DNA from: Malacoraja senta | Taxonomy: Eukaryota | Direction of reading: 5' to 3' | DNA length: 64,000 nucleotides | Assembly (NCBI GenBank): GCA_038087875.1 | Contig: CM075981.1 | Location: 19,344,001 to 19,408,000 of the forward strand | Shown: piece by piece, positions 44,100 through 58,510 of the stretch | Position numbering within the stretch: position 1 is the first letter of the stretch | Layout: the number at the start of each line of letters is the position of its first letter | The notes under the pieces: model-generated | What the model was told of the DNA's origin: nothing | Databases searched by the model: none | The model's input: the letters and a program-made list of their open reading frames with translations, nothing else | Translations under genes and position numbers: made by a program

Positions 44100-45078
44100 G
44101 AGCTATGAAACAGAACTTAAAATGGAATGGGCGAACACCCCGGGTTCGATAAGTGGTTTATTATAAAACCGCTGAAAAGTCAGTTCATTTGACCATCCTG
44201 CGGCCGTGATGATATGGTCTAGAGGGATGTCCATTGCCCTTGCTGCCGACATTGATGCCGCCCTGGTGGAGTGAGATTAAAATTGTCAGTATTAACTCCT
44301 GCACAAACCAGCACTTGTTTCAGCCATCTTGAAATGGTCTGAACCGACACTTTCATATGTAGCTTTATGTGGCTAATAAACAATGATACTTCTGAGCCTC
44401 TGAGGCCCTTGGTGACCTCGATATAACATCGCAAGTGCACCACTAAACACAATCCGTGGGATATGCTGACAGTACAAGCTTGAATCCTGACACCCCTGGT
44501 CTGCTCTGTTTTATGAGATCATAGATGTAAAACATAACGTCATTCCCAGATGACACCATCCTGTCCAGTCGTAACTTCTGCAGAGTCTGAACCCTTTGCG
44601 CTGACACCAACGCCATGAGCATGACCAACTTCAGGGTAATCTTTACCAAAGACAAGGATGTGGCTGGACCCCACTGACGAAGCAGCATGAGTACCACACT
44701 CACATCCCAGATTTCTGAATATCTAGGCCTGGGGGGATTGGAATTAAAAACACCCTTCATAAACCGGGATATTAACGGATGAGATCCTACAGACTGTAGT
44801 TCTGACCCCAAGCATAAGTACGATGACAGAGCACTCCTGGCACTATTGATGGCACTATAGCTCAACCCTTCATCAAAATACAACTTGGACAGAAACTCTA
44901 ACACATCTGGGATGGAAACTGTGTGGTAACTAATGTTCCCTTGTAAGCAAAACTCCTCCCATTTCCTGACGTGGGAGATGTACTGCTTTTTGGTACTATC
45001 CCTCCAGGACGATGTGATGATATCCACGGTACGATTGGATAGTCCCTGACCCAGGTATGGCCTCCTTAAAACCTGCAA
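44100..45078 (-). pseudogene. DIRS copy 2 tyrosine recombinase (frameshifted)
   Basis: SAQRVQ; VSVQTISRWLKQVL; remnants of HSTR and AGW; FYNKP. Confidence 0.85.
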
Positions 45079-48000
45079 ATTAACAAATTAATACGATCAT
45101 ACAACGGGTGATGCTCCCCAGTCACAGGGTTTACCAATAGGTTATTATGTTTTGGAACCACCGTAATAGGTTGAGTTATAATGTCCAAAATGAGAGGGAA
45201 CCAGGGCTGTGTAGGCCAGTTGGGTACCACCAAAACTCCTGAAGCGGAGTCCTGCTTGATCTTGGTCAAGCACCAACTGATGAGGCAGAATGGGGGAAAT
45301 GCATATATAAACACTTCGCCCCAGTGTAGCGCGAAAGCGTCTATCGCTACTGCCCCTGGGTCTGGTTCCCATGAAACATACTTCGGTACCTGGTGATTGA
45401 GTCTGGATGCAAACAAATCGATATCTGACTTCCCATACCGAACAACAATATCATTACGTACATCATGATTCAACATCCATTCTGTGTTGTCATTGAATTT
45501 GCGTGACCTGGTGTCTGCCACCATGTTGAATCTGCCTGGCAAGTAGACAGCTGAAACCCAAATGTTTCTTTTAATGCACCAGTGCCAAATAAGGTTAGCC
45601 AATCTGTCACAAGATTCCGACTTGATTCCACCCATATGATTCACATACGCCACTGCCGTAGTGTTGTCAATCTGAAGCTGAACATGTAAGTGATGCTTGG
45701 TGGTACAATAAGCCTTAAGGCCATAAAATGCTCCCAGTAACTCTAAATAATTAATTCCATGTGATTGGAGAATAAATGCCTCATGCACATTCCATCTGCC
45801 TCCACAGCTAGAGATGGTATCAGTAGCCCCCCAACCTAGGGCACTAACATCAGTCTGTAAAACAACTGAAGGTGCTTCAATCAAAATGTTGCTGGAACAA
45901 CTCAAAATGTTTCTTATCCACCACTGAACTTCAGCAATGGCTCCAGCTGGTAATTGCATGGGTCTGTTGAAATGACCTGCATGTATCCTGAGTTCCTGTA
46001 CCTTTGCCCTCTGTAAATGTTGGTTATGCAAAGGTCCATACTGTGCAGCTGGAAAGGCAGCTACCAATTAGCCAATCAAGCTAGCCACATGCCTAATTGA
46101 AGGTGATTGCTCTCCCATGAGCTTGATACAGCCTTCAATTAAATCTAATCTCTTGCCCTTGGGCAGAGTTACAGACATGTGAGTTGAATTAACTGTGAAT
46201 CCCAGATAATAACTTTAACCGGAATCAATTTTGATTTAGTTGGATGAATGAGAAACCCCAATCTCTCAAACATGCTGAGTTAAACAGCTGAAACAGATAA
46301 CTCAGCTGCCTCCCGAGTTTTTCCAATTATTAAGATATCATCCAATAAGCCATTACAATATGACCCTGAACCCGGAGTAGCCCCAATACACGTTTTAGCA
46401 GCTTTGTAAATAATCTAGGGACTGAGGTTAACCCATTAGGTAGCGCTTTAAATTGCCACAATTGCCTCATCCAGCTAAATTTCAAATATCTCCGATATCT
46501 TTATGAACAGGCACTGAGTAATATGCATCCTTTAGATCTATACATGCCATATAACACCCTCTGGAAACCAATTGCTTGGCAGGCACGAATGTTTTCATTT
46601 TGAAATGTTTATACTGCACAAACGGATTAAGGTCCACCAGGTCCAAAATAATCTGACTCCCACCATCTTTCTTTGATCTCGGAAAAATATTGGATATGAA
46701 TTGGTGAGGTTGACAAACTGTTTTCTCAATTACACCTTTTATATATAATTTTTCAATTTCAGCTTGAACCTCCAAATTCTCTTTTTGTGAGAAAATAAGT
46801 GCCCGCCTTGGTGTATGTTGTGTAGGCGGACACAAATTGGGAATGAATTCAATTCGAAACCCTTGTATAGTTTGCAGTATAAACAACTCTGATGTTATCC
46901 CATACCATTCTTTCAGAAACCAGTGTAACCTCCCCACAACTGGTAGATAATTCTCACTGAATATGTTTCGACAAGCACCAGACCCACCTACCTCCATGGT
47001 TACCGGTGGAGTTCTTTGTCCCCTGGTTCTGGTGGGAAAAGGCATGTTTGCTCGTGCTCCTGCTGGAGTGCGCCAGCTGCGCACATTGAATGGCCGGCTT
47101 GGTCCTTGCCCGGACCCGGTTTCGGCAAACCGCTTGTAGGGGTGCTGCCTCCGAAGGGTTCTGCTGGTCATTGGCACCTTAATGAGCCCGACAGTTTTTG
47201 CCTCGTCGTCCAGCTCCTTCACCCGTTTTGCGAGGTCTTCCCCGAACAAATGATTTGGTGGCTGGATGTTTCTAGGCTTACACAGGGCAGCGAATTTTGG
47301 GTTGATTGTAGGGCAGATGGCACTCTTTCTAAGGCAGTTTATCTCAAAGTGCACATTACACATGAGAGCCAGGGCATCCTGCTGAACCTCAGTCAGGTGC
47401 CCACCATCCACCGACCTCCCGAATGCCGTAATGACGGAAACGAGTAGCTTCAGTACCCTTTGCAGGTTCATCTCCTGCGCCCTAATGCCTACTCCCATAT
47501 GGCCCCAGATGGCATGGTTTACTGCCGGCACTTTAAGCAGGATACAATTAGCCGGTGTGTCATATTTCCTAGCTGTTGCATCCATGGTCAGCTCCTGAAG
47601 CTGGTGTGAGGCCAAGTAATTTATTGTGGCAGCCAATTCTTCACCCAGCGGCTCTCCGGAATCTGTCGGGACGGCAAATCTTGCTGCCAGGAATGGGACC
47701 TCCGGCTCGTACCCTTCGTCCCTTGGGGCAGCCTCCAATGCTAAGCCCACAGACTCGGCGTCAGACTCATACTGATCCGTTATGCTCTCCTCCTCCAAGA
47801 GGGAGACATTAGGCAGCCCTGTAGTAGGTGCCGCTGGCGCGGGCTCTTGACGAGACCGGCGCTCTGGATGGATCATCCCCTCCATTAGGAGCTCCATCCA
47901 GGATAACCGCCCAAACATGGTATCCATTCTCGGAGGGGAACCCTCCCGACCGGACTCGTCCGAGTCTATCGGCCATACAGACTTCCTGGTGGCTTTACGC

Positions 48001-48149
48001 CCCATGGTGCCCTCAGACACCAAGTCTGCAGTCGCTGGTTTTACTATTAGCGACTCGGTAGATGAACTATGCGGCCGACCGCTACCCGCACTCCCGCAGT
48101 CCTTAGTTACTTTCACAACAGCTCGCCTTGCTCTCAACGATTTCTCCAT
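45066..48149 (-). pseudogene. DIRS copy 2 gag + RT/RNase H/MTase-like ORFs (frameshifted)
   Basis: ORF 46482-48149 (gag running into RT, IDLKDAYY) and ORF 45066-46067 (LQTD..GWG, LQIDNTT, DLFAS, YAFPPF). Confidence 0.86.
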
Positions 48150-48356
48150 GCTTGGACTTGCCCTCCTGTAACAAGATTTAACAAGCGCAGAAACGACCTC
48201 CGGCTAGGTTTGACACTTACCTGAGGCTTTTTAAACTTACCGCTGGAGGAGGCTGCACCTCCAAGCTGGTCGCTGCGCCATGCGTCAGACGTAATGACGC
48301 GCATGCCGACTGGCGAGGTTCTTCACGGAATCACTCACGTGACTCCGAAGTAAAAT

Positions 48357-51300
48357 CATTATAGTACAACAGTGCATTAATTGTTTACAATACTCTCAAC
48401 CCCACGCGGTGACCAGCGCCCACGGAAGGCGTCCAAAGTACCCGTAGACACCGCGTGCACGGACGTAGGCCCGAAAGAGGGGCAGGCAGCCGACTCTAGC
48501 CTGACCGTCGACTGCCCGCTGCCTGGACCCGCGAATGGCCATCTTGGTCAGGCCCAGGAGCAAACCGACAGGGAGGTCCCACCCCCCCGATCGGCTCTCC
48601 TCACTCCGTGCCCTATGTCCAAACACTAGAATCGTGGGACTAAAATGCAACCGGAACTTGAGGAACAACCCCTTCAGATATTGGTACAGGGGCAGTAACC
48701 TCTCACACTCCATATACGCGTGGAACACGGTCTCCACCTCACCGCAGAAAATACATGCGGCGGACGAGCCCGTGAACTGACTCAAAAGTTTATTACATGC
48801 CACGGCTCTGTGCAGCACTCTCCACCCCAGGTCCCCAATGTAAAGGGGGACAACTCCCTTGTAGAGGGACCCCCACTGGGGACCTCCCCCGCCTTCAGGT
48901 GGTAACACCGTCCGCCATGGTGTGTCGGGACGAGAGACGAAGGCATGGAGGTGCAGAATGTGCAGGAACATTCTGTACAATGCGCGTCTCTTCGCACCAC
49001 GAAACGGTATGCTGGTCATCTGAGAAAGGCGGCTCAGGTTGTGTGGAGCCGGTGCCCGAGAAATATCCCGGAGCCTAGGCCCGATGAGCAGATCTGACGG
49101 AGCGGGGGAAAGCTCAGTCAGAACCACTCTAGGCATGCGCCTCTCCTCGACACCCGCCATGACAGGACCGGCCACTCCTGCAGCCACAACATCCCCTCCC
49201 CTCGTGGAACAACAAGCTGGCTGAAAACAGCCAAATTCCTCACTCTTAGCACATCCCGATAGAAAACAGGCAAGCCCCTTAGGGTGGGTCGACTGATGCC
49301 CGCCACCGGGAGCCGCGAGACCCCCCTTAGGCAACGACACCGACGGAAAAAATACGTGGCCAGAGCGTGCCATCTGGGGGGGTTCTCTACATACATATAC
49401 CTTCGCAGAGTCCTGAGACGGAGAGCCGCCACCTGGGTATGCACGCATACCAAGGACTGGCCGCCCTCCTCTAACGGACTCAGGACCGCTGCGGAAACCC
49501 AGTGCTTCCTATTTCCCCAAAAGAAATCTACCAACTTCTTCTGTAGAGCAGTTACAAATATGGAAAGCGGGACAAGAGTAGCCAGCCGGTACCATAACAT
49601 GGAGGCCACCAGCTGGTTTATGACCAACACCCTCCCCTGAAAGGAAAGAACCAAGCAGGCCTGACCAGCGCCCCAGCCGGGTAACCACTTTCATCTCCAA
49701 CTCCTGCCAGTTTGCCGGCCAAGCATCCTCAGTGGGACTCGGGTACACCCCCAGATAGAGGAGGTGCGTGGTGCTCCACGCATACATTGTCATCTCCTCC
49801 GGCAGGGAGTCTACCTGCCACTGACCCACTAAAAGTCCAGAACACTTACTCCAGTTAACCCTGGCAGAAGATGCAGCCGAGAAAATCCTCTGGCAGTCAC
49901 GCATCCTCCGCAGGTCACCAGGATCAGTGAACGTAAGGAGTACATCATCGGCATACGCCGAAAGAACCACCTCCACCCCTGGGCCAAGTACTGGCCAGGC
50001 CTGTCAACCTCCTCCGAAGAAGACACAGGAACGGCTCCACACAGGCTGAGTACAGCTGACCCGACATGCGGCACCCCTGACGAACCCCCTTCCCAAAATG
50101 AAAAGGAGCCAACAACACACCATTAACCTTCACAAGACACCACTGCAGCGTACAAAAGCCGGACCCGGGCCACAAAATGCGGTCCAAATCCGAACGCTTG
50201 CAAGGTCCCGAAGAGGTATTCATGCTCTAGAGACAGAAATGCAGCTGACTGACCAGTACCCTGGGCTAGATGAATCAGGTCCCTAACCAGGTGGATGTAA
50301 TCCTAAATGGACCGGCCAGGGACTATATAGGATTGGTCAGGATGAATCAGTTGAGACAGAACGGAGCCCAGGCGATTTGCCATCGCCCGTTCAAAAACTT
50401 TATACCCTGTACATAGGAGAGAGACCGGGCGCCAGTTCTTCAACATGCGGATTTCGCTCTTCTTGGGCAGCAAGGCAACGACTGCCCTCGCCACAAGGCT
50501 CTCCCCCAGAACCTTCATGTAATCACCCCCAGGATATCCCAGAAAGCTCTAACAAATTCTACCGTCAACCCATCCAGCCCAGGGGACTTACCCCTCCTGA
50601 GCTGGTGCAGGGCACGAGTCAACTCCTCCAAAGATAAGGGGCCATGAAGAAGTTCGGCCACCTCCCTATCTACAGTCGGTAGACCCTCCCACAGGTCCTG
50701 CTGAGCCTCCCTGCTGAATCCACCTGCGGAGAATAGGGGCCCATAAAAGGACCTGACCAAGGCACTGATCCTCTCCGGATCAGTGACAGAGGAGCCATCA
50801 ATATACATTCGATCTACGAGCTGCTTGTGGGCTCCCCGCCCTTTCTCCAGAGAGAAAAAGAAAGGCAACGTCACGTAAGCATCTCGGGACCGCTCAAGCA
50901 GCAGGTTCCTCAAGGCTTCCTTCTTCTCCTGAAACTCTCCCCATACACAGGAGTCATCACCAACCTGATCCAGGCGAGACTCTGCATCCAGTATCTCCCT
51001 CTCAAGCCTCTCGACCGCTGAGTCCCGCCGTCTCATCGACCCCCACGTGTATTCCTTACGAAAGAGACGGATGTGAGCTTTCCCCAAATCCCACCATTGC
51101 CTAAGGGAAGAGAAGCACCTCTGCTTCTCTCTCCACTTCCCCCAAAACCGGCTGAAAGACCGATCCTCCAGCAGCCTGTTGTTAAAGTGCCAGTATGCGG
51201 ACCCAGCCCGAGCGCGCGCCGGATTAAAATCCACACGCACCAGACTGTGGTCCGAGCACGGCACCAGCCGCATTGAGGCCGCTGAGACACGGGAAACAAA

Positions 51301-53590
51301 CGCTCTATAAAAATATACATGCGATCAATGCGGGAACCACCCCCCTCAGACCTCCGCGAAAAAGCATTGGAATCAGGGTGCAGGTTCCGCCACGCATCAA
51401 CCAACTCAAAGGAGTCAATCAAACCTCTCAGCTTCTTCGCTACAGCAGGGGCACACTGAGTACCAGAATGGTCACGCGCCTCAAGTGTGCAATTAAAGTC
51501 CCCCCCAAGGAAGACACACTCTCCCCTAACAATAATGCTCAACAGAGCAGTCACCTCCTGAAGTAGGCCGGCCTGCATCGTGCCGGAGCTAGGGGCATAC
51601 ACGTTAATGAAATGCAACGGCATGCCATTCAGGCTCACGGCCAGATGGAGCAAACGTCCTGGCACAACTTCTTGCACTTTTAGGACATTTGGCAGAAAAT
51701 TCGGGGCCAACAGAAAGGCCACCCCACTCGAATTCGAGCTGAGATGGCTCATACAGACCCCCCCTTCCCACTCCAGTCGCCAGGTAGGTTTGTCACTATC
51801 AACGGTATGCGTCTCCTGCAGAAAACACACTGCAAATTTACCCTCTCGGATAAATGCTGAAATCTACGAAAACTCGCTCTACTTCCGTTTAAGTTTAATG
51901 TGGCTACTCTGAATGTACAAACACACTAGATTGAGAACCTCGCACTCCCCGTACTCAAAAACTCTCTCTCTTAGGAACTCCAAACTGACACTTCTCAGAC
52001 TCAGGAAGATCACTGCCCTTGTTGCCAAGGATGGCCTCGAGAGTCTTAATCAAACCTGGCCAATCAGCCCACCATCTTTTTGCAGCCTCCGCTTTTGTTC
52101 TGGCAATACGGCTTGTTCATAGAAACTACCGCACCTCATGGATAACAACTGCATGAGACACGACCTTGGAGCCTGGGCACTCGGCCAACACACTCACACC
52201 TGAAACAACAAACTCATCTGCACAGCGCTCAAGGTCGTTGTCAGAAATCGAAAGACCAGTACTCTCTGAAAGTTCACTGACCCCACTACACAAACTGGCC
52301 TCGTCACTCACCCCCTCCTCCGGCATGACACCACCCCCAGGATCAATGCCGGGGGAGGGTCCCGAGTCCCCTGACCACAACAAGCAGCCCACTGAACGGC
52401 TGGGCTCCTGCACTCTACCATCACCTTCCACGTCTGGGCCTGGGGAAGAAAAAACAAGAGGCACCCCCAGGGCCCGTAGTACACTGTTACCCCCGGAATC
52501 CGAAAGAGGATCGCCACCCGAAACAGCCCGACCTCCACAGCACCCAAAGTACCCTCTCCACTTGCAACACCAAGAGGATCTCCACCTGTTTTTGTACTCT
52601 CCCCTGCTAACTCAGCCGGTGAGGCAGCACATCCAACAGCACCTCCACTGGCTCTGATATGGAGCACAGACTGGAACACCAATGCCCCCGAACCACCCCC
52701 CTCGGGCTGACTCTGCTCATCCCCCGTCTCAGGGGGCACACTACCAGGGGAGCTTACCCCATCATCTGGCGTGCCAGCACCCGCCAAAGGCCTCTGAAAC
52801 GAGAGGACCTCCTCCGACCCAGAGGACACACACCCAGGGGAGCTAACCTCAACACCCGATGAGATAACTCCCTCGGAGGGCCCCTGAGACGAAGGGACAT
52901 CCACCCGCCCAGAGGACACAACTCCAGAGGAGTCAACCCCAGCACCTGGTCTGGTATTACCCGCAGAAGATCCCTGAGAGGCTCAACCTCCAACCCGGAA
53001 AACAATAGTTCGTGACCACAAACCACATCAGTGGTGGAACATCTCGAAATAGGCATCCCCCTAGCTTTGGACCCACGACCTTGCTCTTCATTGCCGAGGG
53101 TGTGGATGTCGTTGGCGGACTGCCAAGAGTGCCTGGAGATCGAGGGTAGGAAAGATTTTGGTGTGTTTGTCGTTTTAGCACCGATTCTCTGCCCTAAAGT
53201 CATTTTGCACAGTGCGACTGCCTGGCTTAATGTGAAGAAGGTACTTTTGCTTCCAGCAAGTCTGTAAAAGAGCTCCCCAAAAGCTGCTCTCTGCTGTGGA
53301 CGAACTTGAGGACTTTCCTGCTTCAGCTGGAGGTTTCTGCTTTCTGCTGCCTGTCTTAGACTGTGACTGTCTCTGGGACTTCACTTGGAGCTGAGCTGCT
53401 GCGGTGCCTGGAGCTGGTTTGTGCCACTGTCAGGATGGCGATGGCTGGGGCACGGCCGGAGATCCGGAGCTACACAGCAGTGGTATCAGCCGCGGCTACG
53501 AGGCCATTTGAGCATGAGCCTCATGTTGACTTGGATTGGGAAAGATTCGGTGTCTCGGTCCAAACAATGAATCTCCAGACACCTCCTCTC
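48357..53590 (-). mobile_element. Tx1-clade LINE, decayed
   Basis: ORF2 pieces with TLNLNG (~51900), CFLQETH, GGDFNC, SRIDR, SDH, SPGLDG, NWRPVSLL, GVRQGC..SG, YADD and zf-RVT CIFC..HAYMEC; low-complexity ORF1 remnants upstream; 5' limit uncertain. Confidence 0.85.
48396..51915 (-). pseudogene. Tx1 ORF2 (endonuclease/RT), multiple frameshifts
   Basis: ORF-track fragments 51033-51830, 50515-51273, 50303-50518, 49945-50223, 49509-49976, 49118-49654 and 48396-49448 are in canonical domain order. Confidence 0.85.
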
Positions 53591-54158
53591 TTCCTTGCTT
53601 GTTCTCCCGTTGCGTCGAGGCGATCGAGGCTCTCGATGTTGAACCCCCCGCCGGGTGATGGTAAGTCCCGTGGCCGATTCCAAGCTCCACGAACGGGCCG
53701 ATTCACATTCCGCGACCCGGAGCGGACGAAGCTGTTGTTGCGGGAGCTCCCGAGAATCGGTCACCAACCTGGGACCTGTGAGCTCCCGATGTTACCGTCT
53801 ACAGGGCCCGAGGCCAAAGCCTCCAAAGCTCTGAAGTCGGGTCGCAGCCACAGCACCACCACATCCGCCGAAGTCAGCCAGCTCCGCGATGGTAAGTCCA
53901 CAGGATCTGCCACCGGAGCCTCAAGGTCTATTCCAGTTGGAGGCCGCCAGCTCCACGATATTAGGCCTCAGCGCAGACAGAGACGGAGAAACGACAAGGA
54001 AAAGGTCGCATCCATGTTGAAGGAAGAGGTTTAAAAAAAGTTTCCCCCACCCCTCACACATACACAACTAAAAATAAACTAAAACATACATCTAACAAGA
54101 CAAAAGAAAACAAAAAAAAGAAAAGACAGACGGACTGCAGGCAGCACCGCCACTTCCA
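53590..54158 (-). mobile_element. 5' half of an unclassified non-coding repeat family (related to 61045-61800)
   Basis: Shared blocks gggggaaacttttttt, gatgcga, gcctaa(c/t)atc(a/g)tggagctg and gtggacttaccatc, in the same order. Confidence 0.6.
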
Positions 54159-54179
54159 GAATTTTTGAATTAATTACGA

Positions 54180-57100
54180 GAGGATTTGAGTTTAGGAGCA
54201 TGGAGGTCCTACTGCAGTTGTACATACCCTTGGTGAGACCTCACCTGGAGTATTGTGTGTAATTTTGGTCTCCTCATTTGAGGAAGGACATTATTGCTAT
54301 TGAGGGAGTGCAGCGTAGGTTCACCAGGTTAATTCCCGGGAGGGCGGGACTGATGTATTTTTTTAATTTTTTAATATTTTTATTTTATTAGAAGTAAGTA
54401 CAATTGTATACAATCATATTTTCATAATACCTTTTATGTACAGCTTCTTATTTAAAAAAAAATTGAAATAAAGAAGAAAAAGAAAAAAGTTAGGTAATGA
54501 AAAATAGAAAAATGTGAGATATATAGTGTGTGAAAAAGAAAAAGAAAGAATGAAAAAAGAAAGTTGAGACATAGAAAATAGAAGAAAGAGAATAAGAGAA
54601 GAGAAGAGAAGAAAAGAAAATAGGAGATCATTTATAATCTTGACCATCCGCAGTCACGGATTAGCTTTTACACCTGTTTTGCACCATATGTTTCCAAAAA
54701 TACGACAAATGGAGACCAACTCGTTATGAATTGGTCAAATTTATTTATTAGGAGGAATCGCATTTCCTCAAGATGTGCGGTATCCAACATACTTGCAATC
54801 CGCATTTTGAGCGTTGGTATTGGTATATTTTTCCAAAATTTCAATAATAATTTTTTTGCTATTATTAAACCATAATTAAAAATTGACTTTTCAGATGAGC
54901 TCAATTTGTTCCCGTCTTCCATTACCCCAAATATAATCAATTCATTATTGGGTTCCATTTTTGTCTTAAATAATTTTGTAAATATTTCGAAAATATCACT
55001 CCAAAATCCATGAAGTTTTATACAAGAAACAAAAGAGTGTGTTATAGTTGCGTCTTGGGTTAAACATTTATCGCAAATAGGCGATATATTTGGATAAAAT
55101 TTATTTAATCTTGTTTTTGAGTAATATAATCTATGCAAAATTTTAAATTGGATTAGGTTATGTCTTGCGTTAATCGAACACTTGTGAATGTATGTCAAAT
55201 ACTTTTCCCATGTAGCCTTCGTAATTTTTATCAATAATTCCCGTTCCCACTCTTCTCTAATTACCTCGGTCACAGGTAAATCTATATTTAAGATACTATT
55301 ATATAAATATGATATTAATTTTTGTGTATCAGCTTTTATATTCATTACTTCTTCTAGTAAATCAGGAGTTATTTTTTGATATCCCTGTATGTATGTCTTC
55401 AAAAAATTACAAATCTGAAAATATTTAAAATAATGAGTGTTTTCAGTTTAAATTTTAATTGTAATTGTTGAAATGATAATAAATCTCCCATTTCATACAT
55501 ATCCCCGATCCTTTTAATTCCTAAACTTTCCCATTGATTATATATTTTATCCATCATAGATGGTTTAAATAAAGGATTATTCGCTATCGGTGTTAACAAT
55601 GATAGGTTTCTTAATTTTAAGGATAATTTTATTTGTTTCCATATTCTTATTGTATCTTGTATAATTGGGTTTTTCTTATATATTGTATTGTTCATTTTTT
55701 TCGGGGAGAAGAGGATTGTTCCTATATTACAAGGATAACAATCCTCTTTCTCCATTTTTATCCATTCTGTCTGTTGAGTTGAACTATCCAACCAGTAAAT
55801 TATATTCTTAATATGTATTGCCCAATAGTAATACAAAAAATTAGGGAGTGAAAGTCCCCCGACACCTTTTGGTTTACATAAGTGTTCTTTTTTAATTCTA
55901 TGTGATTTGTAATCCCAAACAAAATTAGTAATATTAGCGTTCAGTTTAGAAAAAAAATATTTTGGTACATATACTGGTATAGATTGAAATAGGTATAATA
56001 ACTGTGGTAGGAAGCTCATTTTAATAGCATTTATTCTGCCTATTAATGATAAAGGGTTTTCCAAAATTTTATCATTATATTAAGTTTATTTATTAAGGGT
56101 ATAAAATTGGCATTGAATAAAGCTTTATGTTTTCTAGTAATCTGAATACCCAAATATTTGAATTTTTCTGTTGCTATTTTAAAGGGGAATTTCAATAAGT
56201 GTGTGGATTCTTGAGGTTTTAATGTCATAATTTCACTTTTGTTCCAGTTTATTCCATATCCAGAAAAGGACCCAAATTCCTCTATTAAATTTAATAAATT
56301 TGGTATGCTCGTTTGTGAATTTGTTATATATAACAAAATATCGTCTGCATACAATGAAATTTTATTATTTGAGTCCCTAGTATTATAACCCTGAATATTC
56401 GGATGGCTTCTTATACTTTCAGCCAGAGGTTCTATCATAAGGGCAAATAGCAGGGGTGATAAAGCACATCCCTGCCTATTACCCCTTGATAATTGAAATT
56501 TTTGAGATAACATGCTGTTAGTTAATATTCTTGCCATCGGTTTATCATATAATAATTTCACCCATGCAATAAAATTCTCTCCCATATTAAATTTTTGTAA
56601 TACTATGTATAAATACTGCCATTCTACCTGATCAAATGCTTTCTCTGCGTCCAAAAAAATAATTGCTAAGTCTTTTTCCTCCGTTTTATGTGAGTACATT
56701 ATATTAAACAGGCGTCTCAAATTATTAAATGAATATCTTTTGGGTATAAACCCCGTTTGATCAGGGTTTATCAATTTACTAATATATTTGCTTAGTCTTC
56801 TAGCTAAAGTCTTTGCTAGAATTTTCTGGTCGGTATTTAAAAGTGATATAGCTCTATATGAGCCCGGTTCCTCTAGATCTTTATCTTTCTTTGGAATAAG
56901 CGTAATAGTTGATTCTGCTAATGTTTCAGGTGATTTATTTTCTTTAAAAACGTGAGTATATAAATTAAATAGATAGGGGGTCGTTATCTCATTAAACTTT
57001 TTATAAAATTCATTACTAAAACCATCTGGTCCCGGTGTCTTACCATTTTTCAGCGATTTTATTGTTTCACCTATTTCTTCGATTGTAATTTGCGCTCCTA

Positions 57101-57662
57101 GTTCTTCTTGTTCCAAAAGGTCAAGTTTTGGTAGATTACATTTATCTAAAAAGTTTGTAATTTGACTATCTTCTGTTTTGGTTTTTGATGTGTATAAATT
57201 TTGATAAAATTGAACAAATCTTTTATTGATATCTTTAGGTAGTGTTAGTAATTCACCATTCTCGGATTTAATTTTATTTATAGTATTTTCCTTTTCCTGT
57301 TGTATGATGAAAGAATGGGTCGACTGGGCTTCTATTCGCTGGAATTTAGAAGGATGAGAGGGTATCTTATAGAAACATATAAAACTCTTAGAGGATTGGA
57401 CAGGGTAGATGCAGGAAAAATGTTTCTGATGTTGGGGGTGTCCAGAACCAGGGGTCCCAGTTTAAGAATAAGGGGTAGAACATTTAGGGCTGAGATGAGG
57501 AAAACCTTTTTCACCCAGGGAGTTGGGAATCTGTCTAATTCTCCGCCATAGAAGGCAGTGGAGGCCAATTCACTAAATGTTTTCAAGAGTGAGTTAGCTT
57601 TAGTCTTAGGGCTAAGGGAATCACGGTAAAAGCCAGAACGGGGTACTGATATTGGATGATCA
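54180..57662 (+). mobile_element. CR1 3' fragment (54180-54358 + 57301-57662) split by L1
   Basis: The halves rejoin as ggactgatgtat|gatgaaagaatg, restoring the CR1 RPHLEYC...RMGRLGFYSLE region. Confidence 0.88.
54359..57300 (-). mobile_element. L1 family A, 5'-truncated copy, TSD TGTAT (54354-58 / 57301-05)
   Basis: Nearly identical to 1-2650; complete 3' UTR and A-rich tail; frameshifts near 55440 (1 nt) and 56055 (4 nt). Confidence 0.95.
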
Positions 57663-58084
57663 TAGTTGGTAAGTGTATATTGAGGGAGTGTACATTAAGT
57701 GTACATCTTCCTGAGGTGTCATGGGCCTAACTCAATGAAACACTAGTGAAGGGAGGTGCCCACTTGATAACCTCAATGATATACTGGCATCTACTTGTCT
57801 AGTTTTAGTTGTCCTATAGTTCAACTCTATAAAGATGTGTTAGTTTCTCATGTGGCATTGGGATTAGGTTTCTTGGTTGAACACTTAGCTTGTGTGTTTG
57901 TCAACATGTAGAAAGCTTATTACTGAATATGAAGTTAGTTATTGTCCTCAAGCATAAGTGTGTATAGGTAGTTTAGATACTACTTTGGCATTGGGCTTGG
58001 TTTTCATGGTTGAGCACTTATCCTGGTGTTATAGCACGTACTTTGTGTTTTAAAGTAATTAAGATCTCACCCATAAGTTCATAC

Positions 58085-58510
58085 GTTACAGGAGCAGAAT
58101 TAGGCCATTTGACCCATCGAGTCTACTCTGCCATGCAATTATGGCTGATCTATCTTTCCCTCTCTACCTCATTCTCCTGCCTTCTCCCCATATCCTTTGA
58201 CACCTTACTAATCAATAACCTGTCAATCTCTGCATTAAAATTCCCAATGACTTGGCCTCCACAGCCATCTGTGGCAATGAATTCCACAGATTCACCACTC
58301 TCTGACTAAAGAAATTACCCCTCATCTCTTTCTAAAGGTGCGGAGTACTTCCTTTTATTCTAAGGCTGTGATCGCTGGTCCTAGACTCTCCCACGGGTGG
58401 AAACATCCTCACCACATCTACTCTATCCAGGCCTTTCACTATTCGGTAAGTTTCAGTGAGATCACCATCATCCTTCTAAAATCCAACGAGCAGGCCATCC
58501 TTCAACTCAG
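58085..58510 (-). mobile_element. Degenerate CR1 3' fragment
   Basis: Reverse-strand CR1 tail (gagcagaattaggccatt..., ggcaatgaattccacaga). Confidence 0.6.

Larger units (their letters stand above)
43586..48356 (-). mobile_element. DIRS1-type retrotransposon (copy 2, divergent subfamily), full length
   Basis: Left terminal repeat ~48295-48356, ICR ~43810-43919, right terminal repeat 43586-43692; gag, RT/RH, MTase-like and YR ORFs. Confidence 0.94.

Noticed and set aside
53363-54034. 223-aa plus-strand ORF
   Set aside because: It spans the junction of Tx1 remnants and a GC-rich non-coding repeat, in antisense; no domain.
57850-58030. Diverged ~130-bp tandem duplication (gcattggg..ggttga.cactta at ~57856 and ~57987)
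   Set aside because: Only two degenerate units; no spacer structure or associated ORF.
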